A stretch of DNA of 64,000 bases from Trichormus sp. ATA11-4-KO1 (GTDB taxonomy: Bacteria > Cyanobacteriota > Cyanobacteriia > Cyanobacteriales > Nostocaceae), in the NCBI GenBank assembly GCA_019358915.1, contig JAHHIM010000009.1, positions 64,001-128,000 of the forward strand, written 5' to 3'. The notes under the pieces were generated by a model that worked only from the letters and a program-made list of their open reading frames with translations, searched no databases and was not told the DNA's origin. Below are positions 19,355 to 29,885 of this stretch, one piece after another; position 1 is the stretch's first letter; every line of letters starts with the position of its first letter. Both the position numbers and the translations under genes were made by a program.

Positions 19355-21928
19355 CTAAGCACTTTTACCTGCTTTTTCTGGAATTGTGAAGTAGAAAATC
19401 GAGCCTTGACCCGGTTTCGACTCAACCCAGATGCGGCCGCCGTGGCGTTCTATAATCTTCTTACAAATTGCCAACCCAATTCCAGTACCTGGGTATTTAC
19501 TTCTACCATGCAAGCGTTGAAAAATGACAAAAATACGTTCAGCATATTGGGTTTCTATACCAATTCCATTATCGCGCACGGAAAATAGCCATTCATGGGC
19601 AGATGTCGGGAGTTGGGAGTTGGGAGTCGGGAGTAGTTCATCTGCTTCCTCTGCTCCTCTGACTGCACCGACATGAATTTTTAGTGGTAATTCCCCCCGG
19701 AATTTGATGGCGTTACCAATTAAATTTTGTAACACCTGTGTGAGTTGGCTAGGATCAGCTATGACTACAGGCAAAGGGTCATGGGTAATGATGGCACCAC
19801 TCTCTTCAATGGTAAATTTGAGATTAGCGATCGCCTGGTCAAAAACGGTCTGAAAATCAACTTCGACAAACGGCTGTCCCCGACTGGTGACACGGGAATA
19901 GTTTAACAAATCGTTGATCAGGTTTTGCATCCGCCGTGCCCCATCTACGGCGTAGGTGATAAACTGTTCGGCATTAGTGTCTAGTTGATTTTTATATTTG
20001 CGCTCTAACAACTGTAAATAACTAGTCACCATCCGCAACGGTTCTTGCAAATCATGGGAAGCTACATAGGCGAACTGTTCTAACTCGGCATTGGAACGAG
20101 CCAGTTCTTGACTTTGACGGGTTTCTTGTTCTAAAAGTTGTGCTTGGGATAAGGCAATACCAATTTGGTTTGCTAGGTGTTCTAACAACTCCAACTCAAA
20201 GTTGTTCCACTGTCGAGGTGTTGCACATTGATGAGCAATTAACAAGCCCCAAATATTTTCCCTGACGAGAATTGGTACTACAAGATTAGCTTTGACTCCC
20301 AGCTGCTGAAGAAATTGCCGATGGCAGTCTTGAATATTAGCTTGTTCAATATCTACAATCGCACTTACCCTGCCTTGGCGGTATTTTTCCACATAGCCTT
20401 GCTGAAAGCAGGGTTCGAGAATCTTTTTTCCCAGAACTACAGGCCAACCAGGTAGTACTGCTTCTTGTACCACAGTTCCCGAACCATCAGCCCAAAGCCG
20501 AAAAATCAATACTCGGTCAGCTTGTAGTAGTTGTTGGACTTCATTGACAGTAGTTTGGAGAATTTCATCTAATTGTAAACTTTCGCGGATTTTTAGGGTA
20601 ATTTCGGCAAATAGTTGCGATCGCCGATTCTGCCGCTTTAATTCTGCTTCTGCCCGCTTGCGATCGGCAATATCAGTATACGACCCTACCATGCGGACTA
20701 CATTACCTGCCTCATCCCAAAGCGCTTGTCCGCGATCTAAAATCCATTTATAAGTGCCGTCTTTACATAAAATTCGATGCTCGGTGACATAAAAAGGTGT
20801 TTTTTTCGCAAAGTGATTCTCAAAAGCTTGAAGCACATGATCTAAGTCATCGGGATGAACTCGTTTTTGCCATTCATCCCAATGATGAGAAATTTCGTGG
20901 TCTGCATATCCCAGCATTTCCTTCCAACGAGTTGAATAAAACACTTCATTGGTCTGGACATTCCAGTCCCAAATGCCATCGTTATTACCATGTAAAGCTA
21001 ATTGCCAACGTTCTTCACTTTGTCGCAGTGCAGCTGCTGTTTGCTGCCATTCGGTAATATCCTGGAAATATACAGATAAACCATCCCGTCCTGGATAAGC
21101 ATGAACTCGAAACCAGGAGTTGAGCCGTGGATAAAATTCTTCAAATTCTACGCTAATTTGTTCAGCGATCGCTCTACGATACTCGTGATAAAATTTTGTT
21201 TCTATCAATTCTGGCAGTGCTTGCCAAATATTTTTACCCAATAGCTGATTTTGGGTTTTCTGCATTAGCCGCGCTGCTTGGCCGTTAATATAAGTAAATC
21301 GCCATTCTTGATCCAAGGCAAAAAACGCATCAGTAATGCTTTCAAGTATATTAGAGATCCGATTTTTCGCAGCTTCCGTAGTTGCCCTGGTCGTTTGCTC
21401 CTGAGTGAGTAAGTCCTCAGTAATGCGCGCTACTTCAGCTACATTACGCCTCAATTCTAGTTGATTAATTACTAAGTGACTCAAAGCCACCAGTGCGTCT
21501 ACTTGTTGTTGACTCAGTTCCCGTGGTACTCGGTCAAGTACACAAAGAGTTCCTAGCATATATCCCTTAGGAGTAATCAGGGGTATACCTGCATAAAACC
21601 GCACATAGGGATAAGAAGTTACTACTGGATTTTTTGCCAACTTTTCATCAGCTAATGCATCTGGTACTACTACAACATCCCGTCGCTCTTGGCAAAGGTA
21701 AGATAACCCAACATCCCGAGGCATTTCCGAGACATCCAAACCTAGTTTTGCTTTAAACCACTGCCGATTTTCATCAATAAAATTTACTAAGGCTATAGGT
21801 GTACCACAAATGAAAGCAGCTAGCTGGGCAAGATTGTCATAGGCTTCTTCCGGTTCCGTGTCCAGAATTTGATACTGGCGGAGAGCTTCCAGTCTCTCCG
21901 CTTCATTATAAGTAAATTCAGTTTTCAT
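19355..21928 (-). CDS. GAF-PAS-PAS-GAF sensor histidine kinase, probable cyanobacteriochrome
   Basis: Second GAF has ADRVLIFR, EPCF and DCH motifs; H-box VASHDLQEPLR. Confidence 0.85.
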   Translation of the reverse strand: MKTEFTYNEAERLEALRQYQILDTEPEEAYDNLAQLAAFICGTPIALVNFIDENRQWFKAKLGLDVSEMPRDVGLSYLCQERRDVVVVPDALADEKLAKNPVVTSYPYVRFYAGIPLITPKGYMLGTLCVLDRVPRELSQQQVDALVALSHLVINQLELRRNVAEVARITEDLLTQEQTTRATTEAAKNRISNILESITDAFFALDQEWRFTYINGQAARLMQKTQNQLLGKNIWQALPELIETKFYHEYRRAIAEQISVEFEEFYPRLNSWFRVHAYPGRDGLSVYFQDITEWQQTAAALRQSEERWQLALHGNNDGIWDWNVQTNEVFYSTRWKEMLGYADHEISHHWDEWQKRVHPDDLDHVLQAFENHFAKKTPFYVTEHRILCKDGTYKWILDRGQALWDEAGNVVRMVGSYTDIADRKRAEAELKRQNRRSQLFAEITLKIRESLQLDEILQTTVNEVQQLLQADRVLIFRLWADGSGTVVQEAVLPGWPVVLGKKILEPCFQQGYVEKYRQGRVSAIVDIEQANIQDCHRQFLQQLGVKANLVVPILVRENIWGLLIAHQCATPRQWNNFELELLEHLANQIGIALSQAQLLEQETRQSQELARSNAELEQFAYVASHDLQEPLRMVTSYLQLLERKYKNQLDTNAEQFITYAVDGARRMQNLINDLLNYSRVTSRGQPFVEVDFQTVFDQAIANLKFTIEESGAIITHDPLPVVIADPSQLTQVLQNLIGNAIKFRGELPLKIHVGAVRGAEEADELLPTPNSQLPTSAHEWLFSVRDNGIGIETQYAERIFVIFQRLHGRSKYPGTGIGLAICKKIIERHGGRIWVESKPGQGSIFYFTIPEKAGKSA

Positions 21929-22267
21929 CTATTTTTATGAAAAAATTAAAAAATTAAAGTTTATTAAAAATTTGCGTTGTATTCTAAATTACTTAATACT
22001 CTCCCCACCTATAGCTTTTCAGGGGAATTTTTTTAATTTGTGCTGTTAACAAACTATAATTCCAGTCTAGCTTGACGAAAAAAGAATTTCTCCGCCCACG
22101 CAGAACTTAGAGCATCCCAACTTTTTCAAACACAAAACACAAAGCTTACATTCAACCTTTGCGCCCCTTGGCGTTTAAAAATAAACATTTGGAATGCACT
22201 CAGCACTTTGTTACAAGGGAGCATACGTCACCGCATCTCCCTTTTTTAAATCATCCGTCTGCTCAGT

Positions 22268-22780
22268 CTATTTTGGCAATTGAGCGAAATTTTGCGGGTA
22301 AATTTCGATCTCCATATCTGAGTCCTCACGGCTAGCCAATGTCCGCTTGATTTGACCCAAATAAACTGGTACAGAAATTCCTGGTTCCGGATGGATAATG
22401 GTACGGGCGCGAATCGTCAGTTGATTGTCTCCCCGTGTACCTAAGCGACCGTAAGAATAAAGATTACTAGCTGCTTGACGTAGAGTTGCTTCTAATGCCG
22501 AAGGTGAGATTTCCGGTGATGTAGCAATCACCGTTTGCGTAGAACCATTATCATAAACTAGAGTATATTTCACGGCTCCCGGAATGACAGTGCGACTTAA
22601 AGGAACCAACGAGAGAGCAAATAACCCCCCCGTCAGCACCAGCATAAAGCCAGTTGTACCTACCAGCCGAAAGCGAATACCCCACTTGAGAATAAAAGCC
22701 AGGATTGCTAGGGCAGCAAATACCAATGTGGCAATACCCGACCATTGGGTGTACTGAAGAAAGTCAGCTGTTGTGAGCAT
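22268..22780 (-). CDS. ycf51: Ycf51 family protein
   Basis: WGIRFRLVGTTGFMLVL and YTLVYDNG motifs. Confidence 0.85.
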   Translation of the reverse strand: MLTTADFLQYTQWSGIATLVFAALAILAFILKWGIRFRLVGTTGFMLVLTGGLFALSLVPLSRTVIPGAVKYTLVYDNGSTQTVIATSPEISPSALEATLRQAASNLYSYGRLGTRGDNQLTIRARTIIHPEPGISVPVYLGQIKRTLASREDSDMEIEIYPQNFAQLPK

Positions 22781-22956
22781 ACAGATTGGCTACTTAGGCG
22801 TTTAATTGTTGATTACCGACACACCCATTTTACCGAGTGCTTACATTGTAGAGGTGGTCATCGGCATCTGATTTAGATTTTGTGTTTACCTGCTGTGTTC
22901 TGTTTGCCTAAATTTAGGTTCAATAATGCTTAACTGTCGAAAAACTCAAAAAATAT

Positions 22957-23081
22957 AAAAGGGCATCTAAATGTAGATGCCCGTTATGCAGGAAAACCCC
23001 AAAAGGGTTGTCCCTACACCTTCCCAACTATCAGCAACAGTGGCTAATTGAGGTTAGCCACACTCACAGTCACAAATGTGA
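22957..23081 (-). ncRNA. Candidate structured small RNA ending in an intrinsic terminator
   Basis: Three to four consecutive hairpins; the last (22961-22982) is followed by a U-tract on the minus strand; no ORF. Confidence 0.35.
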
Positions 23082-23278
23082 ATAATGTAATTTTAGTAAC
23101 TAAAACTTATAAATGACTCCAGTGTAAATACTAGATGGTTTAGCTGATTTTCATGCCATTAAACGACAAAATTGTCTACAAAACGCAGTAAGTTTTCTAT
23201 CAGTGTCAGTTGAAAAGCTGCGTTAAAGTTTGAGGGGTTAGTTTTTCAAAAAGAGCAAAATAAATCTGAGCGTAACCA

Positions 23279-24046
23279 ATGGCAAGAAATTTGTTTAGCG
23301 TTGAAAACAAAGTTGTTTGCATCAGTGGCTCTAGCCGAGGGCTGGGAAAAGCACTTGCTCAGGGATTTGCAGAGCGAGGTGCAAAGGTAATTATTTCATC
23401 CTGGAATAGCGAAGAATTGACAATTTGTCAACAAGAATTTGAGTTACAGGGCTTAGCTGTTGATTCGATTGTTGTAGATGTGAGAAATCGGGCTGAGTGT
23501 GGAAATTTTGTATCGACCGCACTCAAATTACATGGAACCCTTGATGTGATGATTTGCAATGCAGGAATTGATGTCATCAAGCCTGCTGAACAGTATGAAG
23601 AAAACGAGTGGGATAAAATCCTCGATATTAATCTTCGTGGTTACTACTTCTGCGCTCAATTCGCTGCACAACATATGCTAGATGCAGGAAGTGGAAGCAT
23701 TATCATGACCTCATCAATTGCTGGAGCTTTAGGAATTCCGGGACTAACACCTTATGCTGCCTCGAAAGGTGGTATTAATCAGCTAGTTCGCACAATGGCT
23801 GTGGAATGGGCACAGAGGGGTGTACGAGTAAATGCGATAGCACCTGGCTATATTGAGAACATCATGGTAGATGTCAAGTTTGATGAGAACGATCCCTACC
23901 AGCAGCGTGTAACTGACTTTACGCCAATGGGACGGCGAGGCGCAGTTCATGAATTCTTGGGAGCATATCTGTTCTTGGCAAGTGAAGCGTCTTCCTATAT
24001 TACTGGTGAGGTCTTATACGTTGATGGTGGTTACCATGCTGCATAG
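23279..24046 (+). CDS. Classical SDR oxidoreductase
   Basis: SGSSRGLG, CNAG, YAASK, VNAIAPG. Confidence 0.93.
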   Translation: MARNLFSVENKVVCISGSSRGLGKALAQGFAERGAKVIISSWNSEELTICQQEFELQGLAVDSIVVDVRNRAECGNFVSTALKLHGTLDVMICNAGIDVIKPAEQYEENEWDKILDINLRGYYFCAQFAAQHMLDAGSGSIIMTSSIAGALGIPGLTPYAASKGGINQLVRTMAVEWAQRGVRVNAIAPGYIENIMVDVKFDENDPYQQRVTDFTPMGRRGAVHEFLGAYLFLASEASSYITGEVLYVDGGYHAA

Positions 24047-24124
24047 CATCCTGAAATCGAGTTTTGGGCTGATTTAGCTACTATTGTCTTTACATAGTTC
24101 TAAATATTCGTGCATACTTACTCA

Positions 24125-24217
24125 GCGCTCTTCCGTCACTCTGGGATGAAACCTGAATTTTTCGTTGGCTGAAACAGCGAAAATTCGTGAAGTTTTCTAA
24201 GACTGATGAAAGAGCGT
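24125..24217 (+). other. Long imperfect hairpin between convergent genes
   Basis: GCGCTCTTCCGTCA pairs with TGATGAAAGAGCGT; inner stem TGAATTTTTCGTTG/CAGCGAAAATTCG. Confidence 0.55.
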
Positions 24218-24281
24218 TAGTCAAAAGTCCTTAGTTTATAGTCACTTTTTTTATGTAAAAGTACTAATGACTAATGACTAA

Positions 24282-26438
24282 TTAAGGTAATGCCCTAGAG
24301 GTGACGGCTCGTTGCAATTGAGCCAAGGCGCGGTTGTAATCCAAAATTGCTTGGATACGATTACCTTCGGCTCTTGTCAAGTCGTTTTCGGAGTTAATGA
24401 CATCAGTTTGAGTACCTACACCGGCTTGGAATCGCAAACGCGCTAAACGGAGAGCTTCCCTAGCTTGTTCTAAAGCAGCATTGGCAGTTTGCACATTTTC
24501 CAAATTAGATCGCTGGGTAGAAAAAGCTTGTTCTACCTGAAAGCGGATTTGGTTGCGCTGTTCACCAAACTGAGTTTCTGCGATCGCCACATTAGATTTC
24601 GCCTGAGATGCTCTAGCTCTTGCTGCTCCCCCGTCGTATAAATTCAAAGTAGCTCTGACTCCTACAGAATAGCCATCGGTAACGCTGATACTATCGTCGA
24701 ACTGATCTAGCAGACTATAGCTAGCAACCAAGCTAACTTGAGGCCCTAAAGTGGAAAGTGCCTCCCGTCGTTGTTGCTCACTAATGTTGCGTTGTGCCAA
24801 CTGCTGTTGTAGTTCTGGACGATTTTGAAAAGCTAACACAATGCTACTTTCTAGGTCTTGGTTCCAAAGTCCTGCTAATTGCACTGGATCTGCGGCACTG
24901 ATATTTACCGATTGCGGCAAACTTAACCGAGCGGCTAGACGGCGACGAGCAATCTGCTGCTGAGAAAGGGCATTAGTCAAGTCTTGTTGCGAATTTGCCA
25001 AATTCACTTGCGATCGCAGCACATCAAATCGCGTACCTACCCCAGCTCGCTCCAAGGCTTGTGCATCGCGCAAACTAGCCTGGGCATTCTCTACAGATGA
25101 TTGGGCAATGCGTACTTGTTCATCTGCTTGTTGCAAATCATAATATTCAGTGGTGACATTCAAGCGAATTTCTTCAGATTGGCGCTCTACAGCCAACTCA
25201 TTGAACCGCACTTGCTCTTCCGCCTGTCTGATGTTAGCTCGCCGTCTCCCAGAAGTAAAAATGTCATAGGTTAGTTGTGCTTGACCGCTAAACCCTGTAC
25301 TAGCCTCAGATCCTGGCGATGGAATACCTGTCTGCTGTTCTTGTTGTCTCAGTTGTAGCTCACCGCCCGCAGAGCGGCTGCGAGTGATATCAGCACTCAA
25401 ACCAACATTGGGCAATAAAGCTGCTTGGGCTTCGCGTAGAGCTGCTTGGGAGCGTTCTAGCTCCAATAAAGACACCTGTAAATCACGATTATTTCGCCGT
25501 GCTACTTCCAAAGCTTGTGCCAAACTCAGAGGCTGATTTTCCTCCAGTGCCACTTCCTCTGGTTTGGTGGGAAATAGCAGAGGATTGGCGCTTGGGATGA
25601 GGTTATCAGGAATTTGTACAGCACCTGCTGGTGCAAATTCCACAGTTTCTGGTTGTGTGGGTATTTGCCCAGTATCAGCAGGTACAAATTGCGTGGGAGT
25701 TATTACCCCATCAGCATCTCCAGGGTTTGAGGTGAAATCAGGCGTATTGGGATTTTGAACTACCAAATTCCTAGTTAGATGTTGCGGTTGGCAGGCACTA
25801 GCCAGCGATATCTGTGCCTGTGAACAACTTGGTACCACTAGCAGCCTTGCCGCTCCTGTACCTCTAATCGCAGTTGGTAAAACTGTCTGTAACTGAGTTT
25901 GAGGAATTTTTGCAGACGCTGCTGGCTGCCGTAAAGCAGACAGGGAAAAGCTTGCTGTTTGAGCAGAAGTTTGTTTGGCTGTGGCAGTAGGAACGATTAT
26001 TGGCTCTATTTGCTCAGAAGTAGCAATAGTGCTGTGTTTTTGGTTGCTTTTAAAAAGATGCTGTTGTAAGCGTTGGGTGGAATTTAAGCTAGGTGTGAAA
26101 CGTGAAAATTTACCTTGATCTTTTTTAGATCTTTGTTCTATGGGTATAACAGTATTTCCTGTCAAGATCACTGGGTTACTATTACTACTTAAAGATGGCA
26201 AATTAAGTGTAGCTAATCCAGTTTCGGGTACTATATCTGGAAAACTCTGTGCCACAGTATTAGACAGTTGGGTATTAATATTACCCACAACTAAGGTTCG
26301 ACTATCAGTAGCAGTCAAAACACTAGGAGAAGACGCTAATTGTACGCCACTTACTGTGCCAGCCAAGGCAGGCTGGGTTGTTAATACTGCTACTGTGACA
26401 CCAGGTAAGAAACTATGGAATAAGTATTGTCCTTTCAC
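24282..26438 (-). CDS. hgdD: TolC-family outer membrane efflux protein (HgdD-like)
   Basis: Two OEP repeats (GVGTRFDVL, GVGTQTDVI), long N-terminal extension, downstream of kaiC as in Anabaena. Confidence 0.85.
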   Translation of the reverse strand: MKGQYLFHSFLPGVTVAVLTTQPALAGTVSGVQLASSPSVLTATDSRTLVVGNINTQLSNTVAQSFPDIVPETGLATLNLPSLSSNSNPVILTGNTVIPIEQRSKKDQGKFSRFTPSLNSTQRLQQHLFKSNQKHSTIATSEQIEPIIVPTATAKQTSAQTASFSLSALRQPAASAKIPQTQLQTVLPTAIRGTGAARLLVVPSCSQAQISLASACQPQHLTRNLVVQNPNTPDFTSNPGDADGVITPTQFVPADTGQIPTQPETVEFAPAGAVQIPDNLIPSANPLLFPTKPEEVALEENQPLSLAQALEVARRNNRDLQVSLLELERSQAALREAQAALLPNVGLSADITRSRSAGGELQLRQQEQQTGIPSPGSEASTGFSGQAQLTYDIFTSGRRRANIRQAEEQVRFNELAVERQSEEIRLNVTTEYYDLQQADEQVRIAQSSVENAQASLRDAQALERAGVGTRFDVLRSQVNLANSQQDLTNALSQQQIARRRLAARLSLPQSVNISAADPVQLAGLWNQDLESSIVLAFQNRPELQQQLAQRNISEQQRREALSTLGPQVSLVASYSLLDQFDDSISVTDGYSVGVRATLNLYDGGAARARASQAKSNVAIAETQFGEQRNQIRFQVEQAFSTQRSNLENVQTANAALEQAREALRLARLRFQAGVGTQTDVINSENDLTRAEGNRIQAILDYNRALAQLQRAVTSRALP

Positions 26439-26542
26439 CGCATCCCCTCACACAAAAATCAATCTAGCGGCAGAAAACCCTTCTTCTCCACAGAATATAG
26501 CATGATCCTAAATTTAGAAATGAATATAGCACGATACTAAAT

Positions 26543-28102
26543 TTAAGAATCAGAACTTGGTTTGTTTTCAAAACGTTGGACTATGCGAGAAAGTTCCGCC
26601 TTTTCGTCGATACTAACGCGGGTAGGAGCCCCACTGACAATTCGTTCGTAGTTACGGAAAGAATCTTTAATTTCGGGACCGTCAGCAGTGATATTGTACT
26701 CACGGATACCTTTGTCATGCCACGAACCTCGCATTTTAAATACGTTGATTGCTCGTGACATTTCACCACGAATTTCTACGTACTGTAACATCAAAATTGT
26801 GTCTGTAATTGTGGAAATATGAGAGTCAGTAATTGAATGTGACCCCATGAATTGGTCAGTTGTGTTGGTAAAAAAACCAGTGATCTCTTCTTGTTTTGCA
26901 TAACCGGTCACACCGATGACAAACTGGCGGAAGGCATTATTGCTTACTCCTCTAGCTAGGGCTGAGAGCGAGTCAATGGCAATACGAGAAGGTTTAAAAA
27001 CTGCAATTTCTGATTTAATAATTTGCAAGTGGTCTTCTAAACCAGTTGATTCAGGATATGTACAAATTATTTTGAGTAACCCTTGACGTTCTAAGTCCTC
27101 AAAATCTATTCCCCAAGAGTAGGCATTGCGAGACAATTGAGCGCGTGATTCTTCATAAGCAAATAATATTGCTTGTTCGCCATTGATACAGCCATCTTGG
27201 AGAAATTTGCTAACCAACAGAGTTTTTCCTGTACCAGTGGCTCCGGTTGTCAAAATAATAGAATCTTTAAAGAAACCACCGCCACACATCTCATCCAGGG
27301 TTTTAACTCCAGAAGATACCCTGACATTAGAAGAACGCTGAGTCAAGCGCATTGCCCCCAAGGGAAAAATATTGACTCCTTCATTAGTAATTGTGAAAGG
27401 ATACTCACCTTTCATGTGTGTTGTACCACGCAATTTGAGAATTTCAATGGTGCGGCGGCGGCGTTCTCCTTCTAAAACGTTACGCACAATTACTACATTA
27501 TCGGAAACAAATTCTTCAACACCAAAAGAAGCAACAGAGCCGTATTCTTCACTACGTTCGGTGGTAATAATAGTTGTGACATGTAGTTGTTTGAGACGTG
27601 CTACTAGGCGAAAAATTTCCCGCCGCACTACTCCCATCGCTTCATATTGCTGAAAAACTGCTGTTATTGAGTCAATCGAAACTCTTTGTGCTTTGTATTT
27701 ACGAATCGCGTATTGCAAGCGCTCAATGAGTGCTGAAAGGTCAAAATTACCGACAATATCTTGACCTTCTGGATCAGGTGAAGCATCGAGAATAAACAAC
27801 TTGCCTTCATCAATGAGACGTTGTAAATTCCACCCAAAAATATGGGCATTTTTAATAATGTCACTAGGAGATTCTTCAAAAGTAACAAATACACCTGCTT
27901 CATCAAAGCGGGTAATACCGTTATAGAGAAATTGCAGAGATAATAAGGTTTTGCCTGTGCCAGAGGTACCACTAACTAAGGTAGTTCTGCCAATAGGCAA
28001 ACCACCATGACTAATATCGTCAAAGCCCTCTATCATCGTGCGAATTTTTTCTACACCACCAATTTGGGTGTTGTTTGGCGCTGGTTGGTCTTTTTCGCTC
28101 AT
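26543..28102 (-). CDS. kaiC: Circadian clock kinase KaiC
   Basis: Two P-loops GTSGTGKT and GATGTGKT; HISTITD phosphorylation site. Confidence 0.99.
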   Translation of the reverse strand: MSEKDQPAPNNTQIGGVEKIRTMIEGFDDISHGGLPIGRTTLVSGTSGTGKTLLSLQFLYNGITRFDEAGVFVTFEESPSDIIKNAHIFGWNLQRLIDEGKLFILDASPDPEGQDIVGNFDLSALIERLQYAIRKYKAQRVSIDSITAVFQQYEAMGVVRREIFRLVARLKQLHVTTIITTERSEEYGSVASFGVEEFVSDNVVIVRNVLEGERRRRTIEILKLRGTTHMKGEYPFTITNEGVNIFPLGAMRLTQRSSNVRVSSGVKTLDEMCGGGFFKDSIILTTGATGTGKTLLVSKFLQDGCINGEQAILFAYEESRAQLSRNAYSWGIDFEDLERQGLLKIICTYPESTGLEDHLQIIKSEIAVFKPSRIAIDSLSALARGVSNNAFRQFVIGVTGYAKQEEITGFFTNTTDQFMGSHSITDSHISTITDTILMLQYVEIRGEMSRAINVFKMRGSWHDKGIREYNITADGPEIKDSFRNYERIVSGAPTRVSIDEKAELSRIVQRFENKPSSDS

Positions 28103-28190
28103 TGCTTCATAACAGATGGGTATTAAACCCAGTTTTTATATTACTAAAGTTGGTAATTTGCCATCAAAGTTTTGAGGATTAAAGGTATTT

Positions 28191-28505
28191 TTACTCTTCC
28201 CAATCTTCTTCAATCAGTTCTTCGTAAAGTAAATCTAATCCAATTAACACTCTTTCTCTGTCTGATAGGTCACCAATTATTTTACGAACAGGTGGAGGCA
28301 AAATTTTAGATAACGTTGGCGTCGCTAATATTTTATCTTCTTCGGCTAGCTGCGGGTTTTTCAGCACGTCAATCACTTTCAAAGCATAAACACCTTGAAA
28401 CTCCTGTTCTAAAATATTTTTGAGTATTTTTAATGCCCGTACTGAGTTTGGTGTGTTCCCTGCTACATAAAGCTTGAGAACATAGGTCTTTCTGGCTTTA
28501 TTCAT
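28191..28505 (-). CDS. kaiB: Circadian clock protein KaiB
   Basis: [14 protein letters not shown]...[23 protein letters not shown]. Confidence 0.99.
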   Translation of the reverse strand: MNKARKTYVLKLYVAGNTPNSVRALKILKNILEQEFQGVYALKVIDVLKNPQLAEEDKILATPTLSKILPPPVRKIIGDLSDRERVLIGLDLLYEELIEEDWEE

Positions 28506-28610
28506 AAAGGTACAGGCTAGACGTGAGAATTGAAATGTAGGATGATCAGATGAATGGGGAGAAAGTTACATCTATTGAGTAGGATCATCTTAAACTATTA
28601 TAAATTTAAT

Positions 28611-29192
28611 TTATTTAGACATCGAACATCTATAGAGTTCGCAAAGGTGGGCGAGAATATCTATCAGTGCTAGGCGGTAATCAAGTAATGTTTCATCACT
28701 CCTTCCTTCTAATCTTAGCTGTACGGAAAAGTCTTCAATTAGTTCCATATGAAATTCTATGATTTGCGGCACAGGAATATTAGCACAAAATACCGCATTG
28801 ATAAATTTATCAATTTTTTCTTTCAGTGTTTTGTCCGTAGTAAAGTAATGTATAAGAATTTGGCGATAATCTGATTTGAGTTGTTGCAACAATACCTGCC
28901 GATCAACTTGAGTCATCTGCTGAAAGAACTGCTGTGGTTTTTGCTTATGACACGTAAATACATAAAAATATTTATTAGTGAAATTTTCATTAAGATATTG
29001 TTGCCACCATGCCAGTAGATAGTAAATTTTAGCAGTAGTGGTAGTAACTATAGGCGAGAGGTAAAATTGGTTGGTAGTGTAATGTCTAGAACTCCACATT
29101 GGCCAGATTAATTTGGGTTTAGTGGCTAGCTTAGTGGGAGTATCTAAATTTTTTTGAACATTCGATGGAAAAGTAAATATGGGTAGTAGCAT
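28611..29192 (-). CDS. kaiA: Circadian clock protein KaiA, Nostocales short type (conserved part starts at ATG 28916; true start uncertain)
   Basis: LKSDYRQILIHYF...LLDYRLALIDILAHLCELYR C-terminal KaiA domain. Confidence 0.93.
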   Translation of the reverse strand: MLLPIFTFPSNVQKNLDTPTKLATKPKLIWPMWSSRHYTTNQFYLSPIVTTTTAKIYYLLAWWQQYLNENFTNKYFYVFTCHKQKPQQFFQQMTQVDRQVLLQQLKSDYRQILIHYFTTDKTLKEKIDKFINAVFCANIPVPQIIEFHMELIEDFSVQLRLEGRSDETLLDYRLALIDILAHLCELYRCSMSK

Positions 29193-29885
29193 CTATATAC
29201 ATGGGATATTTTCTGACTAATCACCCTCACCAAGAGTGATGGACTAAATAGATGTGGATCACACTTCTCAGGGATGACTGGAGTCTCTAAAAGTTGTAAG
29301 TTAACTTCCAGAAAAAACTTTGGATTAACTTTACTTAGCAACGCCAGTTACTACCGTGCGGGAAGACGTAGAAGCGTCTACAGCATTCAGCACTTTCAAC
29401 TTAGGTTGTTGAGCAAGCGTTTGTTGTCAATGAAAATACACAACTTAATTGATGATTTGCATATGCATATCTCTCCCGATATAGATATTTGGATTTCACA
29501 CCTTGATAAGATACTTAAACTAACTTAAAGTATTGTCGCATTCTAAATCATTATAATTCCTCAAGGTTCTAAAGCGAATCTTTGGGCCCATAATTGTTTT
29601 AGTTATCACGATCAAAAAGGAGTTTCCACACCAATAGGATACTGACAAGAATATTTCCCCCAGTTCAAAGTGGCAAAAGGAAGCACTGCTACTTGGAAGA
29701 GGAGTAAATCCCAGCAACCGTGTCTCTTGAGAACCAATCTCATTGTTTTAATGGCGTTGAAGCTGTAACAAGAATTGCTTAAATGAGTCTTCTTAAAGGA
29801 GATTGCTTCAGGCGCAAACACTATTTGCCGAAGAGCCGATGGTGAAGCCGCAGGCTTCCACAAGAAGAATGACCCCCAAAGCCTT

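Noticed and set aside
24125..24217. Hammerhead ribozyme or glutamine riboswitch (CTGATGA, GAAA and GACGGAAG words present)
   Set aside because: The motif words fall inside a continuous stem, and I could not build the required junction architecture.
29144..29863. Several 65-84 aa ORFs between kaiA and the kinase
   Set aside because: They overlap one another on both strands, have no recognisable motifs, and are probably promoter or leader DNA.
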